DNA of 52,015 nucleotides, from NCBI GenBank assembly GCA_050741875.1, contig JBOIGA010000001.1, positions 1 to 52,015 of the forward strand. Reading direction: 5' to 3'. This DNA is from Burkholderiales bacterium. GTDB lineage: Bacteria > Pseudomonadota > Gammaproteobacteria > Burkholderiales > JBOIGA01. How positions within the stretch are numbered: position 1 is the first letter of the stretch; every line of letters starts with the position of its first letter. A program made the position numbers and the translations under genes. The notes below the pieces were generated by a model, which saw only the letters and a list, made by a program, of their open reading frames with translations, was not told the origin of the DNA and ran no database searches. Shown here one piece after another: positions 11,131 through 22,827 of the stretch.

Positions 11131-11163
11131 TGCGGCCCGGCATTCCGGGCCGCATTTTTTTGT
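11131..11163. terminator. rho-independent terminator between convergent FIST gene and lipA
   Basis: atgcggcccgg-catt-ccgggccgcat (11-bp perfect stem, 4-nt loop) followed by tttttttt. Confidence 0.7.
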
Positions 11164-11173
11164 GCTCCGAAAA

Positions 11174-12105
11174 CTATGCGACGCCGGCTTCGGATGCTTG
11201 CTGGTCGGTGTGATAACTCGACCGCACGAGCGGGCCGCATGCAGCGTGAATGAATCCGAGTTCGCTTGCCTTGCGTTCAAACTCCTCGAAAGCCTCCGGC
11301 GCAACGTAGCGCGCGACCGGAAGATGATGACGCGAAGGTTGCAGATACTGACCGATGGTTAGCATATCCACCTCATGCTTGCGCAGGTCGCGCATGACCT
11401 CAACGATCTCATCGTCGCTTTCCCCCAGACCCAGCATAAGCCCCGACTTGGTCGGAACTTGCGGATGCCGCAACTTGAACTCGTGCAGAAGCTTCAATGA
11501 ATGGCGATAGTCGGCGCCGGTCTCGCCGGCCGGTAAAGCCTGGGAACGGTTTCGAGGTTGTGGTTGAAGACATCGGGGGGTTCGGAAGCCAACCTGTCGA
11601 GCGCGACATCCAATCTGCCGCGAAAATCGGGGACGAGAACTTCGATTTTGGTGCCCGCCGAAAGCCGGCGTACTTCGCGTAGGCAATCGGCGAAATGCTG
11701 CGCGCCGCCGTCGCGCAAGTCGTCGCGATCAACGCTGGTGATGACCACGTAGGAAAGCTTGAGAGCCGCGATCGTTTTGGCGAGATTGAGGGGCTCGTTC
11801 GGGTCGGGCGCAAGCGGACGCCCATGCGCGACATCGCAGAAAGGACAGCGGCGAGTGCATAAGTCCCCCAGGATCATGAACGTCGCCGTGCCCTTGCCGA
11901 AGCATTCGCCGATGTTGGGGCACGAAGCTTCTTCACATACGGTGTGCAGGTTGTGCTCGCGCAGGATTTTTTTAATTTCGAAATAGCGCGCGCCGACACC
12001 GCTCTTGACCCGAATCCACGACGGCTTGCGCAAGGCGTCCGCGATCGGAATCAGCTTGATCGGATTCTTCGCGGTCTTCGCTTCGCCTTTCTGCGCCGGG
12101 ATCAT
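11174..12105 (-). CDS. lipA: lipoyl synthase, reading frame broken by an apparent 1-nt deletion near 11518
   Basis: The N-terminal part (ORF 11494..12105) carries the radical-SAM CTRRCPFC and CEEASCPN clusters and ends ..[16 protein letters not shown]. The C-terminal part (ORF 11174..11686) continues [25 protein letters not shown] in another frame. The junction ccggcgcc would read through if it were ccgggcgcc. Confidence 0.85.
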
Positions 12106-12731
12106 GATTTGTCCAGCATGGCGATCAAAGAGTCGCTTATCTCGTTCGCCAACTCGTCAACACTCGCGGTGATTCCTAAATCCTTCGTTTGAGTAATCGG
12201 CAGCGCGGGATAGCCGCAAGGGTTGATGAAGCGAAAAGGAGTCAAGTCCATATCGACGTTCAGCGCAAGCCCGTGATAACAGCATCCGCGCGTGACCCGC
12301 AAACCCAGCGCGGCTATTTTCGCGTTATCCACGTAGACGCCGGGCATCCCGGCGCGAACGTCTCCGATCACCGAATGCGTGCGCAAAACCTCGATCACAG
12401 CTTGCTCCATCATTCGAACCACCGCGCGAATGCCGAGCTTCTTGCGCTTCAGGTCGAGCAACAGGTAAACGATCGCCTGTCCAGGACCATGATAAGTAAT
12501 CTGTCCGCCCCGGTCCGTGGTGATCACCGGGATCCCGCTATCGTGTTTGGGAAAATGCTCGTTCTTGCCATTGAGCCCGGTCGTATAAACGGGAGTGTGC
12601 TCGAGCAGCCAGATTTCGTTTGGGGTATCGCTGTCGCGCCGCGCCGTGAATTCGCGCATCGCGCGCAAGGTTGGGAGGTAGCCAACAAGACCGAGCCGCT
12701 GAACCCGTAGTTCTGAACTAAGCGAATCCAC
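12102..12731 (-). CDS. lipB: lipoyl(octanoyl) transferase
   Basis: Motifs [20 protein letters not shown] and KIAALGLRV are present. GTG at 12731 is preferred, because the longer ORF to 12812 would translate the intergenic repeat. Overlaps the lipA start by 4 nt. Confidence 0.85.
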   Translation of the reverse strand: MDSLSSELRVQRLGLVGYLPTLRAMREFTARRDSDTPNEIWLLEHTPVYTTGLNGKNEHFPKHDSGIPVITTDRGGQITYHGPGQAIVYLLLDLKRKKLGIRAVVRMMEQAVIEVLRTHSVIGDVRAGMPGVYVDNAKIAALGLRVTRGCCYHGLALNVDMDLTPFRFINPCGYPALPITQTKDLGITASVDELANEISDSLIAMLDKS

Positions 12732-12740
12732 AACATAAGT

Positions 12741-12780
12741 CCTTCGAGACTCAATCCTCAGTCCCGAGTCCTCTGTCCTC
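12741..12780. repeat. copy 2 (inverted orientation) of the dispersed GAGG-rich repeat
   Basis: The reverse complement gaggacagaggactcgggactgaggattgagtctcgaagg aligns with 1498-1535. Confidence 0.6.
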
Positions 12781-13060
12781 ATAAAACCATCGCTACCATC
12801 GGGTGATCGCACAGTTCCTGATAGAGCGCGTCGAGCTGCTTTTTCGATTGCGCCTGAATCGTGCAGGTGAGGCTCAGATACTTGTTGGCCTTGCTCGTGC
12901 GCATCTCGATCGTCGATGGATCGAATTCCGGAGAATGACGCGAAACCACCGCGACAATTGCCTGCGCGAACCCGGGCCGCGAGCGCCCGAGTATCTTGAT
13001 CGGATATTCACAAGGGTATTCGAGCAAGGAAGTTTGGAGCTGCATTTCGGCAGTCGTCAC
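12779..13060 (-). CDS. ybeD: YbeD/DUF493 family protein
   Basis: 93 aa. The motif YPCEYPIKILGRS and its position directly upstream of lipB are typical of YbeD. Confidence 0.8.
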   Translation of the reverse strand: MTTAEMQLQTSLLEYPCEYPIKILGRSRPGFAQAIVAVVSRHSPEFDPSTIEMRTSKANKYLSLTCTIQAQSKKQLDALYQELCDHPMVAMVL

Positions 13061-13063
13061 TTT

Positions 13064-13915
13064 TCAACTCGCGCGCATGACTTTGTCCTTGTATTCCTGA
13101 TACCACCCGTACATTCGCCAGAAAACGGGTCCCGGCTTACCGCCGCCAACGGGCACTCGGTCAAACGACGTAATGGCAAGAACCTCTCGCGTCGAAGAAG
13201 TCATCCAAATTTCCTCAGCTTCGCGCACTTCGTTTTCAGCAACGTCGCGCACTTCAGATGCAAGCCCATGAGCTTCAGCAAGCTCGAGTACGACATCGTA
13301 TGTGATCCCAGGAAGCATGAGATGGTTCTTCGGCGGCGCCAAAAGGACGTTCTGGCGAATCACGAAAACATTGCTTGCGGCCCCTTCAGTGAGTAACCCA
13401 TGTCGAAACAGAATCGCCTCGGCGCACCCCTCGTCGACCGCCTGCTGACGCAAGAGAACATTGGCGAGCAGCGAAGTCGCCTTGATATCGCAGCGCAGCC
13501 AGCGATTGTCTTGCGCCGATATCGCCGACACTCCTCTCTTAACCTGATCTTCCGAGGGGGTCGCGAGCGGATTGCTCAGGATGAGCACGGTGGGTTCGAT
13601 ACCCTTGGGAAAGGCATGGTCTCGTTTGGCAACTCCACGCGTGACTTGCACGTAAACCGACTGATCCTCCGGTTCGTTTCGCGCGACCATTTCGGCGATC
13701 AACTCGGCCCAGCGATCGACGCTGTAGGGATTGGAAAGGCGGATGGCCGCGAGGTTCGTCTCAAGCCGGCGAAGATGCTCGCGCAACCGAAAAGGACGGC
13801 GCGAATAGACCGGGAGCAACTCGTAGATGCCGTCGCCAAAAATAAATCCGCGGTCGAGCACCGGAATGCGCGCTTCATCGACTGGCATGAAGCTGCCGTT
13901 CAGATACGCAATCAT
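13064..13915 (-). CDS. class IV (D-amino-acid/branched-chain) aminotransferase, likely D-alanine aminotransferase
   Basis: 283 aa with a fold-type IV PLP enzyme pattern (RGFIFGDGIYE, VTRGVAKRDH, LPGITY). Conserved neighbourhood between the DD-carboxypeptidase gene and ybeD. Confidence 0.75.
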   Translation of the reverse strand: MIAYLNGSFMPVDEARIPVLDRGFIFGDGIYELLPVYSRRPFRLREHLRRLETNLAAIRLSNPYSVDRWAELIAEMVARNEPEDQSVYVQVTRGVAKRDHAFPKGIEPTVLILSNPLATPSEDQVKRGVSAISAQDNRWLRCDIKATSLLANVLLRQQAVDEGCAEAILFRHGLLTEGAASNVFVIRQNVLLAPPKNHLMLPGITYDVVLELAEAHGLASEVRDVAENEVREAEEIWMTSSTREVLAITSFDRVPVGGGKPGPVFWRMYGWYQEYKDKVMRAS

Positions 13916-15036
13916 TTGAAATAGAGCTGCAGGCTGTCCCAGACCCGACCGAAAAAACCGGCGATCGGTACATCCTGCAGCGCGACCGCGGGCACTTCCG
14001 CGATCGGTTCGCCGTCAAGAGTCAGCTTGAGCGAGCCGATTTTGTCGCCCGCCGCGATCGGCGCGAAAATCGGCTGCCGGCTTTCAAGATTCGCTTGCAT
14101 GCGCTCGCGCTGGCCTTTGCCCAGCGTTAAAAACAAATCCTGGCCGATGCCGGCCTGCACGGTCTCCGAAGCGCCTTTCCAAACCGGCAAGGTCGAAAGC
14201 ACTTGGCCCTTTTCATACAAGCGCACGGTCTCATAGTTCTGAAAACCATAGTTCAGAAGCTTCTGGCTTTCGCTGAAACGCACGTTGTTCGTCGCCGCGC
14301 CAGCGACAACCGAAACCAGTCGCTGCGAACCTCTTTTCGCCGAAGAAATCAGGCAATAGCCGGCGTTTTCGGTGTATCCGGTTTTCACCCCGTCGACGTA
14401 GGGATCGGTGAAGAGAAGGCGATTGCGATTAGGCTGCGAAATATTGTTGTACTTGTATTCCTTGAGGGAATAGAGCGCGTAGTTGTCGGGAAAATCGCGA
14501 ATGATTGCCGCCGCGAGCAGAGCAAGATCATATGCCGTCGAATAGTGCTGCGGATGCGGAAGCCCGGTCGAGTTGACAAAATTCGTGTTCTTCATTCCCA
14601 GACGCGCCACTTCACGATTCATCATCTCGACGAATGCCTCCTCAGTCCCCGCGACGCCTTCGGCGAGCGCGATCGAGGCGTCGTTTCCTGACTGAACGAT
14701 CATCCCACGCAGCAATTCGTCCACAGTGACTGGCTTGTTGGGCTCGATAAACATCCGTGATCCTTGCGCCCGCCACGCCTGCTGCGAAACGGGGAGCACT
14801 CGGTCGAGCGTTAGATGCTTCTCCTTGAGCGCCCAGAAAGAGAGATACGCCGTCATGAGCTTGGTCAAAGACGCGGGCTCGATTTTTTCGTGCGGATTGT
14901 TGGTGGCCAACATCCGCAAGCTGAAAAAATCGAGGAGCACATACGACTTCGCCGCGACCGATGGCGTGGGTGGCACAAGCTGTGCTGGCGCAAACGCGGG
15001 AAAAAAAAGGAGGAAAAAAAAGAGGACGCGTTTCAT
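13912..15036 (-). CDS. D-alanyl-D-alanine carboxypeptidase (PBP5/6 family, S11)
   Basis: Start at ATG 15036 (MKRVLFFFLLFFPAFAPA signal peptide) within ORF 13912..15141. Motifs SLTKLMT (SxxK), SGND (SxN) and KTGYT (KTG). Confidence 0.85.
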   Translation of the reverse strand: MKRVLFFFLLFFPAFAPAQLVPPTPSVAAKSYVLLDFFSLRMLATNNPHEKIEPASLTKLMTAYLSFWALKEKHLTLDRVLPVSQQAWRAQGSRMFIEPNKPVTVDELLRGMIVQSGNDASIALAEGVAGTEEAFVEMMNREVARLGMKNTNFVNSTGLPHPQHYSTAYDLALLAAAIIRDFPDNYALYSLKEYKYNNISQPNRNRLLFTDPYVDGVKTGYTENAGYCLISSAKRGSQRLVSVVAGAATNNVRFSESQKLLNYGFQNYETVRLYEKGQVLSTLPVWKGASETVQAGIGQDLFLTLGKGQRERMQANLESRQPIFAPIAAGDKIGSLKLTLDGEPIAEVPAVALQDVPIAGFFGRVWDSLQLYFK

Positions 15037-15068
15037 GCGAGAGGCGGAAAGAAAACGCGGATTATATA

Positions 15069-15095
15069 GTGAGGATTGAGGAATGAGGATTGAGG
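15069..15095. repeat. related GAGGATTGAGG tandem motif (gtgaggattgaggaatgaggattgagg)
   Basis: Shares the gaggattgag core with 12741-12780. Lies in the chpA/DD-carboxypeptidase intergenic region. Confidence 0.5.
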
Positions 15096-15131
15096 CGTCG
15101 GAGGCGGGCCAAAAATTTGCAAACCGCAGAA

Positions 15132-15149
15132 GGGGCTGCAAGCAGCCCC
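15132..15149 (-). terminator. possible terminator hairpin downstream of chpA
   Basis: ggggctgc-aa-gcagcccc lies 35 nt after the chpA stop. Only a weak T-tract follows on the minus strand. Confidence 0.35.
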
Positions 15150-15183
15150 GCGGAACTACATGTACGCCCGCTATTAGCCGTTC

Positions 15184-18100
15184 TCAAGCCGTCGGCTGCG
15201 ACAGACGTCTGACGGTTGACGCAACCGGCTGATGGATAGGCGTTCTAATGAAGCTTTCGATGTGCCGAATGAGTTCTTCTTCCTGGTAAGGCTTGCCGAG
15301 AAAAACGTTGACGCCGAGCTGCAGCGCGTGATTGCGGTGCTTGTCGGCGGTGCGCGAAGTGATCATGATGATCGGAATGCCGGCGGTAGCCGGATCGCGC
15401 CTTAAGTTCTTGGTCAAGTCGAAGCCGTCCATGCGCGGCATTTCGATATCGACGAGCATGACTTCGGGTGTCAGGTCCTGCAACTGTTGCAGCGCGTCGA
15501 CGCCATCTTTGGCGGTGACGACCTGGTAGCCTTGGCGCGACAAGAGTCTTCCCGTGATCTTGCGCACAGTGAGCGAGTCGTCAACAACCATGACGATCGG
15601 CGCCATGTTCGCTTTTTCGACTCGGGTCTCGATCTGCACGGGAGTTTGCGACAGATACTCGCGCGCAGCGATCTGCACGGGATTCAGCACGAGCACCGGC
15701 TGGCCGTTCGGCATCACGGTCGCACCCGCGATTCCGGGCACGCGCGACAACTGCGGCCCGATGTTCTTGAGCACGACTTCCTGGTTGCGCACGAGCTCGT
15801 CAACGTGAATCGCGAGCCGGCTCTCACCGCTTTTCAACAGCATCACGCAGTTGTATGGCTTGGCTTCGTACTGATGTTCCATGTCGCCAAGCACGCGGGG
15901 AAGATAGTAAAAAGGATACGTGTGGCCGAGCCACTGCACTTCGCGCGTCGCGTACACGTTGTCGAGGACCGATGTCTTGTACTCCTGCACTTGCTCGACC
16001 ATGCTCGATGGAATGGCGTACAGGCGTTGCCCGGCGCGCACGACGACCGCCTGCGTGACCGCGAGGGTCAATGGCAGGAAAAGCGCGAAGCGCGTTCCAC
16101 GGCCAGGGTCGCTCGACACTTCCACGCGTCCGCCGAGGGCCTGGATGTCGGTTCGAACCACATCCATGCCGACCCCGCGTCCGGCGAATTCGGTCACTTC
16201 CTCGGCGGTAGAGAATCCTGGGTTGAAAATGAACTGGTTGATCTGCGTCGCGGTGACTGCGTCTCCCCTCGACAAAAGACCGAGCTCCATCGCCTTGCCG
16301 CGAATACGCTCCGAGTTTAAACCCGCGCCATCATCGGAAACAGTGAGTACGATTTCGTTGGCTTCCTGCCGCAGGTTCAAAGTCAGTTCTCCGAACTCCG
16401 GCTTTTGCAACGCAATCCGCTGCTCGGGAGACTCAAGCCCATGCGCGATTGCGTTGCGCAAGAGATGTTCGAGCGGCGCCGAAATCTTTTCGAGCACGCT
16501 CCGATCGAGCTCGACCTGGCTTCCCGTCACCTCCAGGTTGGCCCGCTTGCCGCAGTCTTTCGCGGTCTGGCGCACCACGCGGTAGAGCCTCTCGACAATG
16601 GTGGCGAAAGGGACGGTCCGGATGCGCATAAGCTCGTCCTGGAGGTTTCTGTTCAAGCGACCCTGGGCGAGCAACGCGGCGTTGGACTCGTCGAGGTTGT
16701 TGAACAGATTTTGCTGCACGGTGGAAACGTCGTGCACCGATTCGGCCATCATCCGCGTTAATTCCTGCAGGCGGGTGTAGCGGTCGAACTCGAGGGGATC
16801 GAATTCCTCCCGCTCCTGCATGCGCGAGAGCCGCGATTGCATCTGCGATTCCGCCTGGATTTCGACTTCGCGCAGTTGTCCGCGCAAACGCACGACGCTG
16901 TCGGACAACTCCATCAGCGTTTGCTTGAATCCGCGCATCTCCCCCTCGACCCGAGTGCGGGCGATACTGATTTCGCCCGCCGCATTCACCAATTGATCCA
17001 CGACGTCCGCGCGTACGCGGATCAAGACTTTCGGCGAGGTGTAATCGACGATTTCCAGCAGCGGCCCGGCTTCCGCCTGGCTTTGCGGCGCCGGACTTTC
17101 AACCCGTTCTTCCTGCTCCTCGGGCATCTCCTCGCCACGCTCGAGCGCCTCGAGCGCATCCGCCGCGCGGTCGAGCCGAGCTTCCAGGCCTTCGAACAAA
17201 TCGGGCGAGATCTCCTGGCTTTCGATCGTTTCCGCGACCGCGCTCTCCATATGGTGGATGAGCTCGCCGAGCCGCATGGCGCCGACCATGCGCGCGCTAC
17301 CTTTCAGTGTGTGCAGCGATCGGCGCAGCGATTGCGAAAGCTGGCTGTCGGCGGAGTCGTCTTTCCAGCGGCGCAAAGCTTCGCCAATCTGCGGAATCAG
17401 CTCCTGCGCCTCTTGCAGGAAAATTGGCAAGAGCTGGGTATCTATGTCGTCGCGGATGAGCCGGCGTTCGACGCGCGATTCGACTTCGCGCTCGGACTCG
17501 GCCTGGGGCAGCAGGGGATGAATCGCCAAGGATTCGGCCGAGTAGCCCAATTCCGCCTCAGGCTCGGCTTCGGTAAGCGAGACGAAAGTGCTGACAGGCT
17601 CGGACACCGCAGGCGCGATCGGCTCGCCGACCTCAAAAACGTCGTGGTCCACGCCGGTTTGTTTGGCGATTGCCGCGGCGAGCATCTGTTCGAGTTCGTA
17701 ACGTTCTCGATCGGCGGCGGGAGGCAGGCGGCGCTTTTCGATATCGCTGACCATGCGCAAAAGCTTGTCAATCGCGTTGCCCGAATTGATGATCCCTGTC
17801 GCTCCCGGATCGTGCGGCTTGCGCTGCAGTTGCAGTATCCACTTCTCGAGCGCAAAGCCGAGCTCAGCAACGTCGGAAAAGCCGGCGGTGCGCGAAATTC
17901 CCGACAAGGTGTGCGCGGCTCGCATGAATGCGTGGGCGGGAGCGCCTCCCGGAGCTTTTTTCCACTCTCCGAACTCGGCGTGCAGAGTTTTAAGGTGCTC
18001 CGAGGCTTCCTCAAGAAAGACGCTATAAAGGGAAGGGGAGACCGCGATTCCGCCGATCGAGATAGCTTCCTCGACAACGGGCTGTGGCGTTTCCGCGGGT

Positions 18101-20673
18101 TTCGGTTCACTTGGTTCGATCTGGGCGACGGCGGGTTCCGAAATAGCGGATTCGGGAACCGCCGCCTCGGAGATAACGGAGATGGCGGCGTCGGGGGCAA
18201 CGGCAGAAGCGGGAGCAATGACGATTCTTTCAAGCGAAGTCGCGGTTTCCAGATCTCCACGCAACTGTTTGGCAGTGGTGGCGAGCATCTTCGCATCGAC
18301 CTCGACTCGTCCCTCGTCGGCGAGTTTCTTTACCCAGTGCGCGAACGACTGGTGAGCCTCGGCGAGAAAAGCGATAAGCGGCGGAGTAGCATTTTTCTCG
18401 AGCTGCAGCCACTGGTTCAACGTCTGCTCGACTTCCCACGCGGCCTCGCCGAGATCGGTCAGGCCGACCATCCGCCCGCTGCCTTTCAAAGTATGGAACC
18501 CGCGTCGGATCGTCGTCATCCCCTCGCGGTTGTGCGGCTGTTCGCGGCAAACGGCGAGCTGTTCGCAAACGGTAGCGAGCACTTCGTCGGCTTCCTGCAG
18601 ATAGATTTGCAGTAGCTCGCGGTCCACTTGCTCTGGCTCGGCCGCGATCAAATGCTCGACTTCTTTCGACGGAACTGCTGCGGCCGGTGGACCGATGATG
18701 GTCGCGACCGCCTGCGTCATGTAGGAATCGGGCTTGGCATCGGGCTGCGATAGCATTTCGACGGCGATTTCGGTCTGCTGGCCGAGTTCGGCGTCGGCGG
18801 TCAGACGCGCGCCTTGATGCAGCACTTTGAAGCTCGTTTGTAGGTTGTCCTTGAGCGCTTCGTTGGCAGGGTCTTTGCGCCACTTGTTGTAAAGCCCTCG
18901 CGCCTTCTGTTTCTCGTCTTCCATTTCGGCTTCGAGACTGGGCTTGGGCAAGATTTCGGTTTCGACCGCGAAAAGCGGAACGGCGTCGGGGTTGAAACGG
19001 CGCAGGACGGCGACCATCATCTGCTCGGTGTCGCCCTGATTGTGGTGCAAGCCCTGCACGTAGAACCCCAGACTGGACAATCCGTCGGCGAGGAGGTTGA
19101 GATCGCTCTCGGTCGGCGCTTCCGCGGCGGCGGCGAATTTTTTGATCAGCGCATCGCACTCGGTCAAGAGCTTCACCGCCGTGTCGAGCCCCATCATGCG
19201 AAGCGCGCCCAAAATCTGGCGAACAAAAGGCTCGAGCCCGGCGAGCTGACTGCGCTGCGAAACATTGCGGAAGAACGAGTCGAGCACCTGCTCGATCTGC
19301 TGCAGATTGCTCTGCACTTCGTTGACAACTTGCGCAAGCAGCATCTTCTCCTGCGCTTTGCGGCCGATTTCGCCCAAAAGGTCCACGTCGGGCAAGCGGC
19401 CAGGCTTGTCGGAGAGCGCACCGAGGAGCCTTGCGGTGACGGCGTCAACCTGCTTCGCTAATTCCGGATTCACCTCGGTGTAGCGATCCACGGCGTTTTC
19501 AGCCACCAGAAGCGCGGTTGCCATTTCAAGCGCGATTTCCTCGCGTTTTTCCTTGAGATGCGAAGGCAGTTTGGCCGAGACACGCTCGACCAGATCGGAA
19601 AGTTTGGCCAGCGGCGCGTTGTTGAGCTCGCCAAAAATTTCCTTGAGCTTTTGTGCGCGCTCGCGAAACGCCGTCAAAGTATCTGGATTTCCACCGCTGT
19701 ATTTGACCCACGCGTCCTTGGCGACGCGCAAGACTTCCTTCGCTTCTCGCAGCGGCTTCTCAAACTTCGCATTCTTCACCTCGACCTGCGCCGCAGGCAG
19801 TTCGCTCAAAATGTGATTGTCGAGGTCGTAGAGCTCCTTGACCGCTTTGATGCGCTCGCCGGCAGGTTCGCTCAGGGCGACGTGGTACAAGACGTCGCGC
19901 AGCAGTCGTTCGGCGAAGTAGGCCGAGCCGGCAGCCAGGTTCTTCATCTGCAGGTCAATGCGCATGCAGATTTTGCGGACCGCGGAGGACGCAGCGATGC
20001 CTTTATGAACGATCGCTTCGATCAGCGCGGCGGAAGCCCACCAGAAGGTACGCTGGACCGGAAGCGGTTGCGCGCGCTCGATCGCGGCCAAAGCGTCGCT
20101 CATTACGGCGATACCTTCCGGATCATTCTTCAGCCACGAAAGCAGCCCGCGTTCGAAGCGCGCGCGTTGGCGCCTGATATATTGCGGCATCCCGTCTTCG
20201 GAAACGGGTTCGGGCGCGGGATGGTGCGGCGGCCTGCGATCGAGATCCGGAAAGAACAATTCGACTTCGGAGACTTCGGTCGCGCCTTGCGCCTGGCACA
20301 ATTCGCGGAACAAAGGAAAGAGCCGCGCCGGAATATTGGGCTGCGAATTCATCAGCTCGTCGAGGTATTGGGCAAGCGCTGATAACGCCCGGCGCAAGAG
20401 CGCTATTCCTTCCTGTCTGGCGTTGGCTTCGCGCTGAGTGAGTCCTGAAAGCAGGTTCTCGGTTTCCTCGGCGAAACGCGCAAGTCCGTGCAGTCCGACG
20501 ACCTGTACCGCTCCGGTCACCTGATGCAGGTGCGTTTTGGCGGCCTTGAGCTCATTGCCATCGCCCGGATTACCGGCGAAACGGTCGAGACACTGGCGCG
20601 CGCGTTCGAGCGCGTGGTCAATCTCCGGCTTGACCCACGACAGCGGACCTGAGTCGAAAGTAGAGGTCGTCAC
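15184..20673 (-). CDS. chpA: ChpA/PilL-type hybrid CheA histidine kinase of the Pil-Chp system (multi-Hpt, HATPase, CheW, REC)
   Basis: 1829 aa. At least four Hpt-like sites: [39 protein letters not shown] and [13 protein letters not shown]. CheA ATPase region ([25 protein letters not shown]), a CheW-like region and a C-terminal receiver ([18 protein letters not shown]). Confidence 0.9.
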   Translation of the reverse strand: MTTSTFDSGPLSWVKPEIDHALERARQCLDRFAGNPGDGNELKAAKTHLHQVTGAVQVVGLHGLARFAEETENLLSGLTQREANARQEGIALLRRALSALAQYLDELMNSQPNIPARLFPLFRELCQAQGATEVSEVELFFPDLDRRPPHHPAPEPVSEDGMPQYIRRQRARFERGLLSWLKNDPEGIAVMSDALAAIERAQPLPVQRTFWWASAALIEAIVHKGIAASSAVRKICMRIDLQMKNLAAGSAYFAERLLRDVLYHVALSEPAGERIKAVKELYDLDNHILSELPAAQVEVKNAKFEKPLREAKEVLRVAKDAWVKYSGGNPDTLTAFRERAQKLKEIFGELNNAPLAKLSDLVERVSAKLPSHLKEKREEIALEMATALLVAENAVDRYTEVNPELAKQVDAVTARLLGALSDKPGRLPDVDLLGEIGRKAQEKMLLAQVVNEVQSNLQQIEQVLDSFFRNVSQRSQLAGLEPFVRQILGALRMMGLDTAVKLLTECDALIKKFAAAAEAPTESDLNLLADGLSSLGFYVQGLHHNQGDTEQMMVAVLRRFNPDAVPLFAVETEILPKPSLEAEMEDEKQKARGLYNKWRKDPANEALKDNLQTSFKVLHQGARLTADAELGQQTEIAVEMLSQPDAKPDSYMTQAVATIIGPPAAAVPSKEVEHLIAAEPEQVDRELLQIYLQEADEVLATVCEQLAVCREQPHNREGMTTIRRGFHTLKGSGRMVGLTDLGEAAWEVEQTLNQWLQLEKNATPPLIAFLAEAHQSFAHWVKKLADEGRVEVDAKMLATTAKQLRGDLETATSLERIVIAPASAVAPDAAISVISEAAVPESAISEPAVAQIEPSEPKPAETPQPVVEEAISIGGIAVSPSLYSVFLEEASEHLKTLHAEFGEWKKAPGGAPAHAFMRAAHTLSGISRTAGFSDVAELGFALEKWILQLQRKPHDPGATGIINSGNAIDKLLRMVSDIEKRRLPPAADRERYELEQMLAAAIAKQTGVDHDVFEVGEPIAPAVSEPVSTFVSLTEAEPEAELGYSAESLAIHPLLPQAESEREVESRVERRLIRDDIDTQLLPIFLQEAQELIPQIGEALRRWKDDSADSQLSQSLRRSLHTLKGSARMVGAMRLGELIHHMESAVAETIESQEISPDLFEGLEARLDRAADALEALERGEEMPEEQEERVESPAPQSQAEAGPLLEIVDYTSPKVLIRVRADVVDQLVNAAGEISIARTRVEGEMRGFKQTLMELSDSVVRLRGQLREVEIQAESQMQSRLSRMQEREEFDPLEFDRYTRLQELTRMMAESVHDVSTVQQNLFNNLDESNAALLAQGRLNRNLQDELMRIRTVPFATIVERLYRVVRQTAKDCGKRANLEVTGSQVELDRSVLEKISAPLEHLLRNAIAHGLESPEQRIALQKPEFGELTLNLRQEANEIVLTVSDDGAGLNSERIRGKAMELGLLSRGDAVTATQINQFIFNPGFSTAEEVTEFAGRGVGMDVVRTDIQALGGRVEVSSDPGRGTRFALFLPLTLAVTQAVVVRAGQRLYAIPSSMVEQVQEYKTSVLDNVYATREVQWLGHTYPFYYLPRVLGDMEHQYEAKPYNCVMLLKSGESRLAIHVDELVRNQEVVLKNIGPQLSRVPGIAGATVMPNGQPVLVLNPVQIAAREYLSQTPVQIETRVEKANMAPIVMVVDDSLTVRKITGRLLSRQGYQVVTAKDGVDALQQLQDLTPEVMLVDIEMPRMDGFDLTKNLRRDPATAGIPIIMITSRTADKHRNHALQLGVNVFLGKPYQEEELIRHIESFIRTPIHQPVASTVRRLSQPTA

Positions 20674-22787
20674 AATTTGAATCCGGCGACTGAGCTCTTG
20701 AGTTCGCTCGCGAGTTTGGCGATCTGCCGCATGGATTGCGCGGTCTGCTGCGTGCCTTGGGTGGTCTGGCCGGTAATTTCAAGAATCGCGTCCATGTTTT
20801 CAGCGACCTTGATCGCCGATTCGGCCTGGATCCGCATGCCGAACGTAATACCTTCGACGAGCTCGGCAAGAATCCACGAAACGCGTCCGATCTCGTTCAA
20901 GGCGTCGCTGGTCGCGTCCGACATTCTGGTTTCCTCGACGACCTCCTGCGTGCTTCGCTCCATCGCCGCGACCGCGTCTTGCGTATCGGTCTGAATGGCT
21001 TTGACCAGAGTCGTGATCTGTTTAGTCGCTTCGGCCGAACGCTCGGCCAAGCGTTGCACTTCCTCGGCCACCACGGTGAACCCGCGCCCGGCTTCTCCCG
21101 CGGAGGCAGCTTGAATCGCCGCATTCAAGGCGAGCACGTTGGTCTGTTCGGTAATGTCGGCGATCAGCTCGACGATTTCACCGATCTCCTGCGAGCTTTC
21201 GCCGAGGCGTTTGATCCGCTTCGAGGTGTCCTGAATCTGGTCACGAATCGAGTTCATCCCGGTGATCGAATCCTGCACCACGCCCGCGCCTGTTTCCGCT
21301 GCCGCAATCGATTGTTCGGCGACTCGCGCGCACTCCTGCGCGGACATCGAAACCTGTTCGATGGATTGCACCATCTGCTGCACCGAGTCGGTCGTTTCCT
21401 GAATCTGCTGGGACTGAACCTGAGCAGCCTGAAGAAGCCGAGTGGAAACGGACTGCGCGACTTCGGTGCCCTGGCTTAATTGCGCCGCGGCCTTATTAAT
21501 TCCCGTGACGACTCCGCGGAGCTCTTCGACCGTGTAATTGACCGAGTCGGCGATCGCGCCCGTGATGTCTTCGGTCACTTTGACCTGCACCGTCAAGTCG
21601 CCGTCGGCGAGGGTGCCCATTTCATCGAGCAGGCGCAAAATAGCTTGCTGATTGCGGCTGCTTTCGGACTCGGCCTGGACCTTGCGCTGCTCGGCTTCGC
21701 TTGCCTGCCGGCGGCTTTCCGACAAGAACGACCATCCCAAAAGACCCGCGCAAAGAAGCGCGAGCACCGCCGACATTACGGCGCCAAGAACCAGACTTGT
21801 TTCGGCGCTTTCGGCGCCCGCTTCAAAAGCGTCGCCGAGCTTGCCCGAATCCGTAAGCAGGCTTTCGCTCTGCGTAATGATGCTGCGATTGGCTTCCTTT
21901 GACGCGATCAGCTTCTGCGCATTACCGAGAATCGTTCTCGCGTTGCCTTCGTAGTCTTTGAAAGCGACTTGCAACTCCTCGAGTTTCTTGCGGACTTCGT
22001 TGTCCCGAACGGCCGATACGCGCAATGCTTCGCTGCCCGTGGCAAGGCCGCCCAGACTCTCACGGAAGGAATTCGTGTCCTTGCTCAAGAGGAATATCAG
22101 TTCGGGGTCGATGACTTCGCCGGACAGAAGCGCGTTGGCGTTTTTTGCCATCCGCTGAGTCAACATGACCTGTTGATTGGCGACCAGAAGTTCGCGGTTG
22201 CCAGCCCCCGACTGCGCCATGATCGAGACGATCGCTTCAGTCGTTTCCAACAGAGTAGAGTTACTGTCGTTGATTCCGGCGACACTCTTGCCGAAACTGG
22301 TCAACGCGTCTTGTTCGTTGAGGATTGCGGAGGCGCTTTTTTCAACGTCTTCCCAGCGCGCTTTCAGCCCGGATAACAAGGCGACGACTTCGCCGTCTTG
22401 CGCGGCCGAAAGGTCGATTCCCGCAGCGGTCCCGCCGTCGCTTAGAAGACGGAGGTTTGCGCCAAATTCGTCGCGGCTCTCCTTGAGCTGCTCGAAACCG
22501 ATCGCATTACCCTCGACTGCGAGTTCGCTGCCTTTCGCCATGCGCTGCGAAAGCATTTCCATTTCGGTCGCGGTGGCGATCTGCTGTGTCTGGCGTTTGC
22601 CTTCCTGCGCGGCAAAATACGTCAGCGCGGCCGCGAGCAGTAGAAACAAACCAAGCAATCCGGCAAGCAGCCAAAACTGCTGCGCCGCTGCCAGTCCGAA
22701 CATCGGCTGCGAAGGCGCGGCTACCGCCTTCTCTTTCTTTGGCTGCTCGACGGCAGCCTCGAGGCCTTCCGGTAACTTCAGATCCAT
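20670..22787 (-). CDS. pilJ: methyl-accepting chemotaxis protein PilJ
   Basis: 705 aa with two TM segments and a large periplasmic domain. Conserved MCP signalling hairpin ([48 protein letters not shown]). Confidence 0.9.
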   Translation of the reverse strand: MDLKLPEGLEAAVEQPKKEKAVAAPSQPMFGLAAAQQFWLLAGLLGLFLLLAAALTYFAAQEGKRQTQQIATATEMEMLSQRMAKGSELAVEGNAIGFEQLKESRDEFGANLRLLSDGGTAAGIDLSAAQDGEVVALLSGLKARWEDVEKSASAILNEQDALTSFGKSVAGINDSNSTLLETTEAIVSIMAQSGAGNRELLVANQQVMLTQRMAKNANALLSGEVIDPELIFLLSKDTNSFRESLGGLATGSEALRVSAVRDNEVRKKLEELQVAFKDYEGNARTILGNAQKLIASKEANRSIITQSESLLTDSGKLGDAFEAGAESAETSLVLGAVMSAVLALLCAGLLGWSFLSESRRQASEAEQRKVQAESESSRNQQAILRLLDEMGTLADGDLTVQVKVTEDITGAIADSVNYTVEELRGVVTGINKAAAQLSQGTEVAQSVSTRLLQAAQVQSQQIQETTDSVQQMVQSIEQVSMSAQECARVAEQSIAAAETGAGVVQDSITGMNSIRDQIQDTSKRIKRLGESSQEIGEIVELIADITEQTNVLALNAAIQAASAGEAGRGFTVVAEEVQRLAERSAEATKQITTLVKAIQTDTQDAVAAMERSTQEVVEETRMSDATSDALNEIGRVSWILAELVEGITFGMRIQAESAIKVAENMDAILEITGQTTQGTQQTAQSMRQIAKLASELKSSVAGFKL

Positions 22788-22827
22788 GGCGTAGTCTCCT
22801 TAAAACTGATCGTTTTCTCTTCGTCGT

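Noticed and set aside
16837-18615. 592-aa plus-strand ORF. Similar long antisense ORFs occur at 1681..2961, 17442..18296, 18230..19159, 28176..29192, 32512..33576, 41522..42694 and 7923..8537.
   Set aside because: All lie entirely antisense to, or out of frame within, genes with strong homology logic (chpA, uvrD, hsp20/argB, envC, the polymerase gene, polA). Their products are Arg/Ala/Gly/Pro-rich low-complexity strings typical of open frames in high-GC DNA, with no RBS or recognisable motifs.
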